Source of the DNA: an uncultured candidate division Zixibacteria bacterium
GTDB lineage: Bacteria > Zixibacteria > MSB-5A5 > RBG-16-43-9
NCBI GenBank assembly: GCA_963713865.1
Contig: OY970208.1
Coordinates: forward strand, 320,001 to 384,000
Length of the DNA: 64,000 nt
Reading direction: 5' to 3'
Part shown: piece after piece, positions 20,576 to 31,420 of the stretch
Numbering within the stretch: position 1 is the first letter of the stretch
How the letters are laid out: each line of letters opens with the position of its first letter
Notes under the pieces: generated by a model
The model's input: only the letters and a program-made list of their open reading frames with translations
What the model was told of the DNA's origin: nothing
Database searches by the model: none
Translations under genes and position numbers: made by a program

Positions 20576-20770
20576 TTATTTCTTTTGCATCTCCTGAGCA
20601 AATTTATGGGCTACATCCAGACTGTGTTGTAAATCCATCATTTCCGCATCCACTTTCTTTAAAAGCCGGTTAAGATCGTAGTCATTTGACTCAGAGAGCA
20701 ATTTTTTAATCCCCTTCTCTAACCTGGTCGCATCTTCTAAAAGCTCTTCAATTTTATCTGCTATGTTCAT
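20576..20770 (-). CDS. Hypothetical coiled-coil protein
   Basis: GAGG RBS; co-oriented within the operon. Confidence 0.6.
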   Translation of the reverse strand: MNIADKIEELLEDATRLEKGIKKLLSESNDYDLNRLLKKVDAEMMDLQHSLDVAHKFAQEMQKK

Positions 20771-20812
20771 TTTAACCTCTATTTTAAAAATTTAAAATCA
20801 ATTATATGCCCG

Positions 20813-21370
20813 TTACTCAATGCTCCTGGTTTTAACCAGCCTTTCAGAAACCCTCCTGATGTCTAAACGATATTGATTCATAACTACCTGGGCTACCTCC
20901 ACCGGATCCAAGCCATAATCCTCTAATCCCTTCGTCTTAACCGGGGTGTTATGGCTGGAGATATTGATAGCCAGATGGATCTTGGTGGAAACCTTTGTCC
21001 GGGTAACTGTGGAGATAGTAAGCTTGGCATCCCCATCAAAGATGTCATCTCCCCATCTCTGCAAAATATCCCCTTTCAGCCGGTGATTGAGTTTATCCTT
21101 GAGGACCGATACTATAAGCTTCTGTTTCAAAATCGCCTTCTCCAGGTCTAAATCGAAATGTTCGACAACAAAATGCAGCATCTTCTCACTTCTTATCAGG
21201 GTTTTCTTCTTATAGTGATCAATACCTACTAAATATTTCTCCTCCAGTTCACAGGGACCGATGAAGCTTAGGATACTATCACCTAAAAGGTCAAAATTAG
21301 TATAAGCCCAATGGGAACAAAGCTGTTCCCCGGTGAATTTTACCTCTTCAGATACAAACAACGATTTCAT
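20813..21370 (-). CDS. DUF366 family protein (BPL/LplA-like fold)
   Basis: FTGEQLCSHWAY..GDSILSFIGPC..MLHFVVEHF..GDDIF..KLTIS. Confidence 0.8.
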   Translation of the reverse strand: MKSLFVSEEVKFTGEQLCSHWAYTNFDLLGDSILSFIGPCELEEKYLVGIDHYKKKTLIRSEKMLHFVVEHFDLDLEKAILKQKLIVSVLKDKLNHRLKGDILQRWGDDIFDGDAKLTISTVTRTKVSTKIHLAINISSHNTPVKTKGLEDYGLDPVEVAQVVMNQYRLDIRRVSERLVKTRSIE

Positions 21371-21419
21371 AATTCCTCTCTTTTCCTACGGATCCATTTT
21401 TTGGAAAAATATATGAAAT

Positions 21420-23586
21420 TTATCCGATATCCGCCAGCTTGAATTTATCTTTATATCTTTTAATAAATTTACTCCTCAAACATAGATTATCCTTTGAGCT
21501 TAAGTTTGGATCCTCCTGCACTATCCTGAAAGCCCAATCCCGAGCCTTGTATAGCAGCCCTAAATCCTCAGTTAAATCTGCAATTTTCAGATCTGGCAAT
21601 CCGTGCTGTCTGGTCCCGAAGAACTCCCCTGGACCTCTCAATTTTAAGATCCGCTTCTGAGATTCTAAATCCATCTGTAGTTGAGGATAAAATCTGTAGT
21701 CTTTTTTTCGCCTCCCCGGAAATCAATTGGAGAGAAATTTCAAGATACAATAGGATTGCTCCTCTCCCCTGCCGATTCTCCCTCTGAGCTGATGAAGCTG
21801 GGAAAGCCCAAACCTCTCCGCATGCTCAATTAACATCAGCGTAGAATTAGGCACATCCAAACCCACCTCGATCACGGTAGTGCAAACTAAAATATCAAAT
21901 TTCTTTAAGCGAAAATCTTTCATTATCTTTTCGCGCTCTTCTCTTTTTATCCTGCCGTGAAGCAAAGCTATTTGTCTGTGAGAAAAAACTTTCTCTTTAA
22001 GAAATTGATACCCCTCAGTTGCCGCTTTTAAATCAGCTTTTTCTGATTCCTCTATCAAAGGGTAAACGATATAAGCCTGTCTTCCTTTTTTAAGCTCCTC
22101 CTCTAAAAAAAGATAACCCTTTTCCGAGGAATGCTCCTCTAAAAGTCTGGTCTCAATCTTTTTCCTTCCTGGAGGCATCTGGTCAATTACCGAAACATCC
22201 AGATCACCATATACTGTCAGGGCTAAGGTTCGAGGAATAGGGGTGGCAGTCATAACCAAGAGGTGTGGTGATTTACCTTTAAGCTTTAAACTTAACCTCT
22301 GCAAAACTCCAAAACGATGCTGCTCATCTATAACCGCCAGACCTAACTTATTGAAATTTACCTCTTTTTGAATAAGGGAATGGGTACCTATTATGATCTT
22401 TGCTTCACCGGAAGAGATTTTCTCTAAGATTTTTTTCCTTTCTCCGGTTTTTACCGAACTGGTTAAAAGGAGTGGTTTTATCTTTAAAGGTTCTAAAAAG
22501 AAACTCAGGCTCAGATAATGCTGTTCAGCTAAAACCTCAGTTGGTGCCATTATTGCTGTTTGATAACCATTTTCCACTGCCATCAACATAGATAAGAAGT
22601 GCTACGACGGTCTTTCCTGAGCCAACATCCCCCTGCAAAAGCCGGTGCATGGCTTTTCCTGAGGAAACATCCTGATAAACCTCATTTAAAACCTTTCTCT
22701 GGGCAGGAGTCAACTCAAAGGGCAAACTTTGCATGAAAGTTTTGACTAATTCTCCGGGTCTGTGAAATATTATCCCCTCTTCTTTTATTTCCGATCTTTT
22801 TTTCCTCAGAGCTAAAAGAAGCTCCAAATAGAAAAGTTCTTCAAAAGCTAACCTTTTCCTTGCACTTTGGGCATTTTCTAAAGAAGCTGGAAAATGGATA
22901 TTTTTCAAGGACCAGTCTAAAGAGGGAAGCTCAAGCTCTTCTCTCACCTCAGCTGGAAGTGACTCTGGAACCTGGGTCTGAAGATTTTCCAGAATAAAGC
23001 TTATGGTTCGGCGGAAGCCTCGACTATCCAGATAGAGATGTTTTAACTCTGAAGTCGAAGGATATAAAGGGATAATTCCTCCGGTATGGATCAGCTTCTC
23101 CCCTTTTTCCGAATTTGGATCCACAGGACCGGAGATTATCTCAAATTCCGGATGGGGCATCTGCAGTCCGTAGAAATCTCGTATTTCCCCTGAGGCAATA
23201 ACTGTATCACCCTCCTTGAACCTGTTCTGGACATACCTGATTCCGGAAAACCAGACTAATTTTAAAAAATTTTTATGTTCTCTTATGATCAGCCAGTATT
23301 GGGGTTTTCTCCATCTTTTTATACCATAGGACTCAACTGTTCCCATAACTGTCGCCTTAGAGTTGACCTGAAGCTGACTTATGGGGGTGAAGGTGCTCCG
23401 GTCCAGGTATCTGCGCGGGATATGATAAAGAAGGTCTTCCACTGTTTTTATGCCCATGGAGTCTAACGCTTTCGCTTTAGTCGGACCTATCCCTTTTAGA
23501 TACTGTATCGGGCTTTGAAGGTCGATCCGCTTAAGTCCACCCGGGGCAGATTTAGAATTAACTGACAAGGCAGTAGTCAAAGCCAA
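21420..23586 (-). pseudogene. recG: ATP-dependent DNA helicase RecG split by three frameshifts (about 22595, 21735, 21642); possibly sequencing errors
   Basis: LLQGDVGSGKT, APTEVLAEQH, VIDEQHRFG, MTATPIPRT, QLHQLRGRIGRG, TTDGF, RGPGEFFGTRQHG spread over four ORF pieces. Confidence 0.92.
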
Positions 23587-24077
23587 CTCCCATAAAAAGA
23601 TTTACCTTTTGAAAATTATATTAATCTTTTAACTCAACTCTGTCAAGTGGTTTTAGAGGGGTATCTGAAAAAGTCGAGCAGTTGCTCAATTTATTGGACT
23701 TTTTTTACTCAATGAATCGAGTTACTATAGATTACAGAACTCTTAGAACCCTTTTTTGGATTTGATCCAATGGAAAAAATTTTAAAAAATCCTAATTTTT
23801 TACTTGACAAATTAAAATTGGTTATATTATAATTATTTTAGAAACTTACGTAAATTAAAAGGAAGACCCGGGGATGGAATGGGCGGTGGGGTTAAAATAT
23901 TTTAAATAAAAAAAGGAGAGTAAGAGAGTAATTCAGGAAGTTGGCTCTTAACTTTTATCATAACCCCTACATAAGGAGGTGACAGTAGTTTTGAGGGGGA
24001 ACAAAACTGGAGGTAAAAGAAGGAGAAACAAGCCTGACAACACCCTTTAAACCTTTTAAAGAAAGGAGTATAAGTTT

Positions 24078-24854
24078 ATGCTCAAGAAAATATCTTTGGT
24101 TGTCGTTCTGATATTTCTTTTGGGGAGTGTCGCCTGGTCAGCCAGTAAGTTAGTTGCCACCAGCGACTTAAGCCAAGCATCCCTGAATCTCTCTGCGGAT
24201 GAGCCCTTGGGTGCAGTAGCAGTTGCTTTGCAATTTGCTGAGCCAGGTTCTGATGTTATCTGCACAAGGGCAGATTTTTCCAACGGGATAGCTGACTATA
24301 TAACCGACGACGGGCAAAACGGAGTTAAATTCACAGCCATCGACAATGAAAAGAAGACTATCTTAGCTGTGGTGATACCATTCCAGGCAGAGGCAATTCC
24401 CAAAGGCGAAGGAGTTTTTCTGAATCTGGAATTCAAAGGTGAAGGAAAGGTTAAGCTGGAAGAGACCACTATATACCAGCAGAAAGGGATTTCCCTGGTG
24501 AATACCAAAGCAGAATATGTGCAATTCGACTTCAATCCGGTTGAGCTTGGCAGTCCGATGAAGCCGGTCCTTCCTAAAGAGTTTAACTTATCCCAGAACT
24601 ATCCTAATCCGTTTAATCCTACAACCAACATCAGCTATGCTCTGCCTGCAAATTCCTATGTCAAGCTGTCGATTTATAACATCTTAGGCCAGAGAGTAAA
24701 GACTTTAGTGGATGGCGAGGAGCAGGCTGGGTTCAAAAATGTAATCTGGGATGGTAAAAACGACCGGGGCGAAGAAGTTAGCTCCGGCATCTATTTCTAT
24801 CGGATACAGGCCGGTTCTTTCACCAAAACCGCTAAGATGAGCTTGTTGAAATAG
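24078..24854 (+). CDS. Secreted protein: cohesin-like N-domain plus FlgD-Ig/T9SS-type C-terminal domain
   Basis: Signal peptide; AIPKGEGVFLNLEF; C-terminal LPKEFNLSQNYPNPFNPTT...IWDG...SSGIYFYRI...KMSLLK. Confidence 0.8.
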   Translation: MLKKISLVVVLIFLLGSVAWSASKLVATSDLSQASLNLSADEPLGAVAVALQFAEPGSDVICTRADFSNGIADYITDDGQNGVKFTAIDNEKKTILAVVIPFQAEAIPKGEGVFLNLEFKGEGKVKLEETTIYQQKGISLVNTKAEYVQFDFNPVELGSPMKPVLPKEFNLSQNYPNPFNPTTNISYALPANSYVKLSIYNILGQRVKTLVDGEEQAGFKNVIWDGKNDRGEEVSSGIYFYRIQAGSFTKTAKMSLLK

Positions 24855-24890
24855 TTTTTCTTCTTACTCATTTCCTTCCTGTAGTAAAGC

Positions 24891-24920
24891 CTCCCGCAGA
24901 AATGCGGGAGACTTTTTTTT
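24891..24920 (+). terminator. Rho-independent terminator
   Basis: CTCCCGCA-GAAA-TGCGGGAG followed by T8. Confidence 0.85.
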
Positions 24921-24945
24921 AGACGATTTGGGTTGGACTGTAATA

Positions 24946-25140
24946 CCTACCTTGCCCTCAAGGAGGGATATTTATTCTGAAAGTATAATAAGAAACCCAC
25001 GTTGAGAGCAACAGGGGTTTACCAATTTAATTAGAGTTTATATTCAGTAAACCCGCCTTGCCCACAAGGCGGGATAAATGTTAGCAAGCCCTCTGCAGAT
25101 AATACAAACTCGGTAACCTTACCTTGCCCGCAGGTGGGAT
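24946..25140. repeat. Three copies of a CCYRCCTTGCCC.CAAGGYGGG palindrome (fourth copy at about 52802)
   Basis: cctaccttgccctcaaggaggg, cccgccttgcccacaaggcggg, cttaccttgcccgcaggtggg. Confidence 0.7.
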
Positions 25141-25242
25141 AAATGTTTTTAACTTATATTCTTAAATATTAACCCTTGTTTTTTCGTAATAGATATTTAT
25201 ATTGAAAAAAGTTGAATGAATATCGAATTGATTGGAGGAAAG

Positions 25243-25434
25243 ATGTCAAAAACTTGTGAAATTTGCGGAAAAGGTCCACAATATGGACACACTATCAGCC
25301 ATGCCCATAAACTGAGCAAAAGGCGATGGATACCTAACCTGCAAAAAGTCCATGCCTTAGTTGACGGGAAAAGAGTAACCATTAGGGTTTGTACCAGTTG
25401 TATTAAAGCCGGTAAAGTGCAGAAGGCAAAATAA
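25243..25434 (+). CDS. rpmB: 50S ribosomal protein L28
   Basis: MSKTCEICGKGPQYGHTISHAHKLSKRRWIPNLQ...VCTSCIK; GGAGG RBS. Confidence 0.97.
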   Translation: MSKTCEICGKGPQYGHTISHAHKLSKRRWIPNLQKVHALVDGKRVTIRVCTSCIKAGKVQKAK

Positions 25435-25506
25435 ATACAGTGGTCAGTGTTCAGTCCGCTTGAGGTGGAGTGGCGAGTTTTACTGACCACTAATTAAGGA
25501 GGGGTT

Positions 25507-26220
25507 TTGACCCAGATTAGGATTTCAGCCAAGGAATTAGGTGCATTTGCTTTCAAAGATTCTTGCCCCCGTTGTTTATGGATAAAACTTCATTCTGCCA
25601 ATAAATTACCCTACCAGATTTTCCCTGGAATTTTCAGCTCTATAGATTCCTATACTAAGAAGTTCATCAGCTCTTATTTTGAAAAATATGGATATTTCCC
25701 GGATTGGCTTCCCTCTCAGGAAGAGCTCACCGGTTTGACCAAAAAGCTTCACCATTCCACCTTTAATATCATAGACCAGATAACAGATATACTTTTGACC
25801 GGTGTCCCGGATGAAATCTTCACTCTAAAAGACGGTTCTTATTTTATCTTAGACTATAAGACTGCAAGATATACCGAAACCCAGGATATTCTTTTGCCCC
25901 TGTACGAAGTCCAGCTTAATGCTTATGCCTATATTGCTGAAAAAAAAGGTCTTTCACCCGTGAAAAATATTGCCCTGGCTTATATGGAGCCGCAAACCGG
26001 GCTGACCCGGGAAAATGTTGAAGAAGTGAAAACTGAGCAGGGATTTCTTTTGCCCTTCTCCGGAAAAATCGTTCAGCTTAACTTGAAACTCGACATCATC
26101 CCTGACCTTTTAAAAAAGGTCAGAAACTTATATGACCAGCCATCTGCTCCTCAGGGTAAAGCCGAGTGTAAAGACTGCCTTCTGCTGGACAACCTGATTA
26201 AAATTCTCAGCATAAATTGA
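25507..26220 (+). CDS. PD-(D/E)XK nuclease family protein (Cas4/RecB-like, 4 Cys)
   Basis: CPRC...GVPDE...ILDYKT...QLNAY...CKDC. Confidence 0.8.
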   Translation: MTQIRISAKELGAFAFKDSCPRCLWIKLHSANKLPYQIFPGIFSSIDSYTKKFISSYFEKYGYFPDWLPSQEELTGLTKKLHHSTFNIIDQITDILLTGVPDEIFTLKDGSYFILDYKTARYTETQDILLPLYEVQLNAYAYIAEKKGLSPVKNIALAYMEPQTGLTRENVEEVKTEQGFLLPFSGKIVQLNLKLDIIPDLLKKVRNLYDQPSAPQGKAECKDCLLLDNLIKILSIN

Positions 26221-27053
26221 CCATGCCTCAAATCTCTGAGACCAAATATATCTGGATAATCTCCGACGGCTCCGGCTCAACTGCCGAAAGGGTTTTACAG
26301 GCAACTCTGGTCCAGTTTGGACAGAAAAATATCGTGGTTGAGCGTTTTCCCAGGGTATTAAAAAAAACACAGATACGGGAAATCGTTCAGAGGGCATCCA
26401 GGAGTAAAGGGCTGATCGCATATACTCTGGTTTCCCCGGAATTGAGAAATGAGATCGTGATTCAGGCAAACCAGTATAATCTCCCCACAGTTGATCTTTT
26501 AGGACCGCTTCTTACCAGTTTGAGCAATTTTCTTGCCTCACCCCCTGAAGCAAAACCTGGTTTGCTCTCAGAGCTGGACCATAAATATTTTAAAAAGATA
26601 GATGCAGTCGGATTTGCAGTAAAACACGACGACGGTCATAGGGTTCGCGACCTGAATGAGGCAGACTTGGTGATAACCGGAGTCTCCCGAACCTCCAAAA
26701 CCCCTTTAAGCATCTATTTAGCTTATAACAAGGGGCTACTTGTAGCTAATATCCCTTTGATTTTAGGAATAACCCCTCCTGAAGAGCTTTTCAAAATCGA
26801 CCAGTCAAAAATCGTGGGTTTAACCATAAACCCTGAGCTTTTGATAAAACTCCGCGAATCAAGATTGGCTCAATTAGTCCATCCGGATATAGATTATGCT
26901 GACCCCAAGCACATTGTAGCAGAACTAAATTATAGCCACAGGATCTTCCAGCAAAATCCCAACTGGCCCATAATCGACATCACCGGCAAAGCCATAGAAG
27001 AAATAGCCAATGAGATTTGTTCCTTGACGATTGATAAAACAAGTGGTCAGTAG
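26217..27053 (+). CDS. PEP synthase/PPDK regulatory kinase-pyrophosphorylase (DUF299)
   Basis: ISDGSGSTAE, HDDG, GVSRTSKTPLSIYLA. Confidence 0.92.
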   Translation: MTMPQISETKYIWIISDGSGSTAERVLQATLVQFGQKNIVVERFPRVLKKTQIREIVQRASRSKGLIAYTLVSPELRNEIVIQANQYNLPTVDLLGPLLTSLSNFLASPPEAKPGLLSELDHKYFKKIDAVGFAVKHDDGHRVRDLNEADLVITGVSRTSKTPLSIYLAYNKGLLVANIPLILGITPPEELFKIDQSKIVGLTINPELLIKLRESRLAQLVHPDIDYADPKHIVAELNYSHRIFQQNPNWPIIDITGKAIEEIANEICSLTIDKTSGQ

Positions 27054-27585
27054 ACAGTAGGCAGTAGACAAGGGAAAAACTGGAGTGTAAACCTTTCCGA
27101 GAAGCGGAGACTATGTCTCGGCGTCCTACGGACGGGCTGGCTCGTAGCCTCCATAGGACAGGTTTACCATAAAAAACGCAGAGGGGCGGAGCTTGTCTCC
27201 GCCCGAATGCCTTAGAAGGTTATTTACTGATGGATTTGCTATTATCCGTCAATAACGAAATCCCTTATTGACGGATTTAATAGTTTGCGTCAATAATATG
27301 ATTAATTATTGCAGGATATATTATTAGGGGTAAAATTTATTGTACACAGAAGATTAGAATGAGTGATTGGAATTGAAACTCTTTTCCTGAAAATAAAAAG
27401 TCCCCCTCACGGGAAACCTTTTAACGACCGGGAGACACCCCGATCCCATTTCAAAACTTTCTAATTATATTTACGGCAGAAAAAAGAAAAAGTCAAGTAG
27501 TTTTAAAAGAATTTTTTAAGTTATTGACCCAAAAGGGCTTGAGCGGAGATTACTCCAAGCCTACGCAATTGTAGGGTAGTGCAAT

Positions 27586-27948
27586 ATGAAAAACTTAGAA
27601 GCTATACGCACAAGATATCTACAGCAGGATAAAGCCAGACGCATAGGCGGCTTGGTGGCCAATCTGGCTCGTGTAGCATCTTTCTCTGATAAATCAGGCA
27701 ACTTCAAAGCAGTGGAAACTTTAATAGAAGAGAGTAAATTTTTAATCGAATGGATAGCCCCTGATTTACCATTGGATGTGCAAACGAAACTAATTGAACT
27801 TCAAATCCAGCTCTCCCTCTGGCATCTCAAATTCACTGAAATATGTCAGAATCCTGAGTCGCTAAAGAACTTAATCACCCAAGCTTCCGCCTGGTCAAAA
27901 GAGCTTTTGAAATTATCGGGATTAATTGAAAAGAAGGAACTTCAATGA
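27586..27948 (+). CDS. Hypothetical helical protein
   Basis: 120-aa ORF overlapping the TIR gene start (ATGA). Confidence 0.7.
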   Translation: MKNLEAIRTRYLQQDKARRIGGLVANLARVASFSDKSGNFKAVETLIEESKFLIEWIAPDLPLDVQTKLIELQIQLSLWHLKFTEICQNPESLKNLITQASAWSKELLKLSGLIEKKELQ

Positions 27949-28925
27949 AACAAACAGTAAATCCGAAGGTATTTATAAGCCATGCAAGCGAAGATAAAGA
28001 ACGCTTTGTTATAGACTTTGCAACAAAACTTCGAGAAAAAGGTGTAGACGCTTGGCTTGATAAATGGGAGATGAAACCAGGAGATAGTTTGGTTGACAAA
28101 ATTTTTGAGGAAGGTATAAAAGGAAGTGAGGCTTTCATAATCATCTTATCCAAAAACAGCATTAACAAAAAGTGGGTTAGGGAAGAATTGAATTCAGCTG
28201 TAGTTCAAAAAATAGAAAAAAGCACAAAATTAATCCCTGTTATTATTGATGAAAGTATTGAGGTTCCGGTAAGTTTAAAACATACTGTTTGGATAACAAT
28301 AAAAGATTTACAACATTATGTAGAGGATTTTGAACAACTACTTCTATCGATTTACGATATTGTCCAGAAACCTCCATTGGGAGAAAAACCTAAGTATGCA
28401 ACTGATATAGAGATTATACCAGGTTTCAACAAAACCGACTCATTAGTATTTAAGATTGTTGGAGATATTATCTATGAAAAAGATTATATCGGAAGATTTC
28501 TAAGTTGTGGAGAAGCAATAGAAAGAGCATCTAAGTTTGAAATCCCAAAAGAAGAAGTTATTGACTCCATAGAAATTTTAGGGTCAAAAGGTTTATGGGA
28601 AATAATGTGGGTATCGGGTGGAATAGAGGTATCTACAATTGCAATGACTCCTTATAGTTTTGTAAAGTACTGTGAAAATTTCGTAGAAGATTTTAATAGA
28701 ATATTTAAAAATATCATATCAGCAATTCTTAATGAAGGTTTGTATATAGATGAAGAAATTACATCGAAGGTAGGATGCAAATCAGTTATAGTAGATACTC
28801 TTTTGGATTATTTTCATGATGTAGGTTATATTGAACTCAACAAATCGCTTGGAGGACCTAGCCAAGTTGTTGAGATTACTTCTTTAGGAAAAAGACAATT
28901 CAGGAATATATTAGAAGACGAATGA
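27945..28925 (+). CDS. TIR domain protein
   Basis: KVFISHASEDK...WLDKWEMKPGDSL...ILSKNSINKKWVREEL...LIPVII. Confidence 0.92.
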   Translation: MKQTVNPKVFISHASEDKERFVIDFATKLREKGVDAWLDKWEMKPGDSLVDKIFEEGIKGSEAFIIILSKNSINKKWVREELNSAVVQKIEKSTKLIPVIIDESIEVPVSLKHTVWITIKDLQHYVEDFEQLLLSIYDIVQKPPLGEKPKYATDIEIIPGFNKTDSLVFKIVGDIIYEKDYIGRFLSCGEAIERASKFEIPKEEVIDSIEILGSKGLWEIMWVSGGIEVSTIAMTPYSFVKYCENFVEDFNRIFKNIISAILNEGLYIDEEITSKVGCKSVIVDTLLDYFHDVGYIELNKSLGGPSQVVEITSLGKRQFRNILEDE

Positions 28926-29040
28926 ATTAAACATATGTCTATTCGACTACAAATACCCTCTGTAATTAGAAAATACTCAAAATGTTATTTTTTTAACAAA
29001 CCATCTTCCCTCTATGATACTCTCTAAGCAAATTCTCTTT

Positions 29041-30673
29041 TTATAACCCCCCCTTCACAATCTCCCACGGAAACAAATAATCTTTTGGTTTTTCTTTAAA
29101 GGCTAAGAATTCCATCTCTACTCCTGCTTTCCTAAAAGCCTGTGCCAGAGGCAGGTTTTCTTTGATATGGTAATAAATCCCCATCCCTACTTTCCTATTC
29201 CCCTGGGATAAAACTCCTTGCAGGGTTGCTTCTTTTATGCTTTTCTTTTCAAATTTAATCCCTTTCAACGCTCTTATTCCATCTGAGATTATTTTTAATT
29301 TTTCCCGCAGGGATTTTTCAGAGTCCATTGGTGCCCATTGGAAAGGAGTAAAGGGTTTGGGAACAAAAGGGTTTATGGAAAGGATGATTTGTCTTTTTTC
29401 GAAGACTCTGAGCGAAGTCAAAGAGCGGGTCTCCCCTACATTTTGGCGGGAGGTCATAAAGACCTCCCCTACATCTTTAATCAAATCCACAATCCCCTTA
29501 ATATCCTCTTTTTTCTCAAAAGGAAGTCCAACAATAAAATAAAGCTTCAGCTTCTCCAAATTTTTCTCTTTGGCTAACCGAACTGCATTTAAAACATCTT
29601 TGCGCTCTATTCTTTTATCAATTATCTTCCACATCCTTTCAGTCCCGGCCTCAGGAGCAAGTGTCAGTGTTTTAAGTCCGGATTTAATCAGAATATCTAA
29701 AAGATTTGAAGTAACTTTATCTACTCGCAGGGATGAAATCCCTATTTCATATCCTTTTTGATATAACTCAGAGCAAAGCTCCTCCAGAAAAGGCAGATCC
29801 GAGACCATCGAGCCTAAAAGCCCGACAGATTTTGCTCCTCCAGCTATATTTTTCGATCTCAGAGATAATCTTTTCCTTTGTATGAAACCTGAAAGGCTTA
29901 TAAATCTGCCCGACTGCGCAGAATTTGCATTTCCAGGCACATCCCCTTTCGGTCTCAACTATGAACATATTTTTAAAGTGAGAAAAAGGAGTAACAATCG
30001 AAGAATAAGTCTCAAGTTTTTCAAGATTAGCTTTTCGCCTTTCGATTTTCGCAGGAAATCCCTTTTCAATTTTATATTTCTTTAAAAAACCTTTTTCATC
30101 ATAAACCGGCTCGTAAAATTCGGGAATATAAACACCTTTTACCTTAGTTAGCTCTAAAAGGAGCTTTTTCCTGGGATAACCTTTTTTAAAAATCTCAGCC
30201 ATCTCAATAATCCCTTGTTCTGCTTCACCGATAAAGACAGCATCGAAAAAGGGTGCCATAACCTCAGGATTCAAAGTAACAGCCACTCCACCAGCCATGA
30301 GAAAAGGATGGCTCTCATTTCTATCCTTTTTTAATAGAGGGATTTTTGCCTGCTTTAAAATCTTTAAAATATTCAGATAATCTAACTCGAAAGGGACCGA
30401 GAAAGAGATGATTTGAAAGAAATTCAAAGGGTCACCTGATTCCAAGGTTCTAACTTTATCTTGAGGTTTATAATCGAAAAGAAAGAATCTTTCGCAGGAG
30501 ACGCCCTCAATCTGATTTAAGATTCTATAAATCGATTGAAATCCTAAATTAGCAATCCCCACTTCATATTTATTGGGAAACCCTAAAGCCACTCTCAATT
30601 GATATGAGCTTTTGATTATGGTTCCCTTTTCCCGGGATAGAATCTCTTTTCTTATCTTATCGAATTCTCTCAT
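29041..30673 (-). pseudogene. YgiQ/B12-binding-type radical SAM protein, one frameshift at about 29845
   Basis: FPNKYEVGIANLG, ETERGCAWKCKFC, SSLRVD, APEAGTER, LYFIVGLP, FVPKPFTPFQW across two ORFs. Confidence 0.85.
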
Positions 30674-30685
30674 CTTTTCAAACGA

Positions 30686-31412
30686 TTAGAATCTCTCTCC
30701 CTCTGGGGTAGCCGCAGACTTTATATCTGCGTAACTCCGCAACCTAAAGGTTGCAGCTACCTTGTGATTTTCATTTATCCCTCCCTTCCAGGGAGGGACA
30801 AAGGGAGGGTGATTGATTTTCATAACACATCCCTCTCTCTCCGCCTCTGGCGGGATTTTCAACCTAACCCTCTCCCACAAGGGAAGAGGAAACTATGTAC
30901 CGAAGGGCTTGATAAATCAAGCCCCTACAATTCTTCTTGTCATTCTGAGGAAGCGTAAGCGACCGAAGAATCTAAAGATTCTTCGTCCGCCTTTGGCGGA
31001 CTCAGAATGACATAAATAACTATATAAGACTTCTTGAACAACCAACTACTATAGACTATTCTTTTATCTCTCTTCTAAAGTTTAACATCATAATTATAAA
31101 AAATAAAAAGTGTTTCTCCAAGAAAATAAAACGTCCGGGATAAACCCGGACGCTACGAACTGCCCTCATGTTTTTTTGTAGGGACAGAACATAGTTCTGT
31201 CCTCAAATACAAGGGGCGGGTTTCAAACCCGCCCCTGCCTAAGCGACCAAAGGGAGTGTTGAAAAACTAGAACCGAGAGAGTGTCATTCTGACCCCGCCA
31301 ATGGCGGGGGAAGAATCTATGCGTGAATCAAGGAGATTCTTCGGTCACTGCGCTCCCTCAGAATGACAGGGTTGGCTTATTCAACAGTTCCTGAAAAGTC
31401 GCACTACGAAAC
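30686..31412. repeat. Dense patch of several palindromic REP-like families
   Basis: GTAG-type hairpins (30708-30760, 31178-31202), TGTCATTCTGA doublets (30938-31012, 31282-31368), CCCTCTCCC..GGGAAGAGG, CCGCC-N3-GGCGG. Confidence 0.85.
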
Positions 31413-31420
31413 ACAAGTTT

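Noticed and set aside
25507-26220. Cas4 of a CRISPR system
   Set aside because: No cas1/cas2 or array; housekeeping context.
30686-31010. Short ORFs in the REP patch
   Set aside because: Composed of palindromic repeats; spurious.
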